DNA of 64,000 nucleotides from Octopus sinensis (taxonomy: Eukaryota). The stretch is from contig NW_021829832.1 in NCBI RefSeq assembly GCF_006345805.1, forward strand, positions 682,001 through 746,000, read 5' to 3'. The position numbers and the translations under genes are program-made. Shown here piece after piece: positions 62,906 through 64,000 of the stretch (within the stretch, counting starts at the first letter, position 1; every line of letters begins with the position of its first letter). The notes beneath the pieces were generated by a model. It did not search any database and had not been told where the DNA came from. It saw only the letters and a program-made list of their open reading frames with translations.

Positions 62906-64000
62906 TTAGTTTGAATCGCTGTCGCTTGTATCAATACTGTTATACATGTGATTAAGAGTTTTCTGTCGAAATGCAATGTTCTATTGTAATTAGAACGTAT
63001 AAATACGTTCAAAGTTGCACTATTTATATGTGTAGTCATTAAATCCTTAATCAAATCGACATCAATGTCATTCTCCTCGTCATTTCTGCTGATTCCAGAG
63101 CTGGGCAATTTTTCATGTTCCATCTAAGCAAAATAACTCATAAAAGTCACTGGAATATTAAAAACGTGGAAAAAATATGTAGGAAGGTAAAAGTAGAGGG
63201 TAGTCGGAGAATGGCTGTAAATATCAGCATACATTTTGACTTGATGGAAAAAGTAACTATGCAGAGAACCTAGGAATCAAATCTTAAACAACACGCCTGA
63301 TCGGAATGTGCTGCCAAAAGTCCCATAATTTGCATCAATCATTCGACTTAAACACTAAGTGGATCACCCTTTTAAAATACCTTGTAAACAGAAGAAATTC
63401 CATTTACTATATTTTTATGATCTAATTTTAAATCTTTTTTACAAATAGACCTGTGGAATGAATATTTGAGAATACATTTGTTTTTGCTGTATTTTATCAA
63501 GTCCGTCAAGTATTTTGTATCCACCGAGACACTTCTTCCAGTGGAAAATCTCCGATTTGAGATCAGGAATGATCAAAAAAGTTTTCCAAGAAATTTTCTT
63601 CGATTTGAGAATGTCTCCATAAATCGAATCCCCAACGTAAAGAACAGACTGATGATTTACACCTGTGAGTCGACAGAATTCAAAAGCCGAGCCTAAATTG
63701 AATTACACTAGAAAAAAACCCCTAGAATAAATCGACCCAGGTTTCAGTTTGTCGAATTCACATTTAAGAGTTGTTTCTTTACTCACCTAAGTTAGCATTC
63801 AATATGCGACTTGATCGACAAGACGAAAGTGGCGATTTTTTTCTGTGAAAAAACTCGGTTTTTTAGAATCGACGATAATGAAATGAAAATAGTCTCTCCA
63901 ACTAGTGTCCCCATCATCAAGAAGATAGCTCATTATGGTCTAGAAGTGATCATATAGCACTACGTCAACATAGTTATACTTGCTGTTTGTCAAAAGGAAC
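62906..64000 (-). CDS. NT5C2: Cytosolic purine 5'-nucleotidase, copy 2 (continues beyond the window)
   Basis: FLLTNSKYNYVD|..[41 protein letters not shown]. Same intron positions as copy 1. Stop TAA at 62906-62908. Confidence 0.85.

Overview
AT-rich eukaryotic nuclear DNA in the standard genetic code, almost certainly from an animal. Compact islands of intron-rich genes alternate with dense, nested transposon graveyards. Introns inferred by restoring conserved protein frames are only about 20-32 nt, with little beyond GT/GC...AG conserved. Together with ciliary genes (GAS8/DRC4, CEP104, a CFAP52 fragment) and TTAGGG-type repeats, this best fits a dicyemid mesozoan or a similarly reduced ciliated animal parasite (inference). 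Host genes: MTMR3/4-like, GAS8, MSH2, two NT5C2-like paralogues, RPP38, an EGF-family ligand-like gene, reticulon, a WWP/Itch-type HECT ligase, OPA3, FAM221A, FAM47-like, CEP104 and one unidentified multi-exon gene. Broken genes: glycogen phosphorylase, MGAT4, CFAP52 and an EGF copy. Mobile DNA: at least nine CRE-clade RLE retrotransposon copies (one near full length with an N-terminal PHD finger), R4/Dong-like, RTE-like and APE-type LINE fragments, plus Merlin, Tc1/IS630, pogo, hAT, MULE and a probable Helitron end. Most notable: the PHD-bearing CRE element, a TIR element carrying a degenerate telomeric array, a twin-primed RTE insertion, an ErbB-ligand-type gene with an inverted truncated copy, and convergently fused phosphorylase fragments. 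All coordinates and splice models were read by eye, so boundaries are approximate unless anchored by a TSD, TIR or start/stop codon. Family assignments rest on remembered motifs, not database searches.
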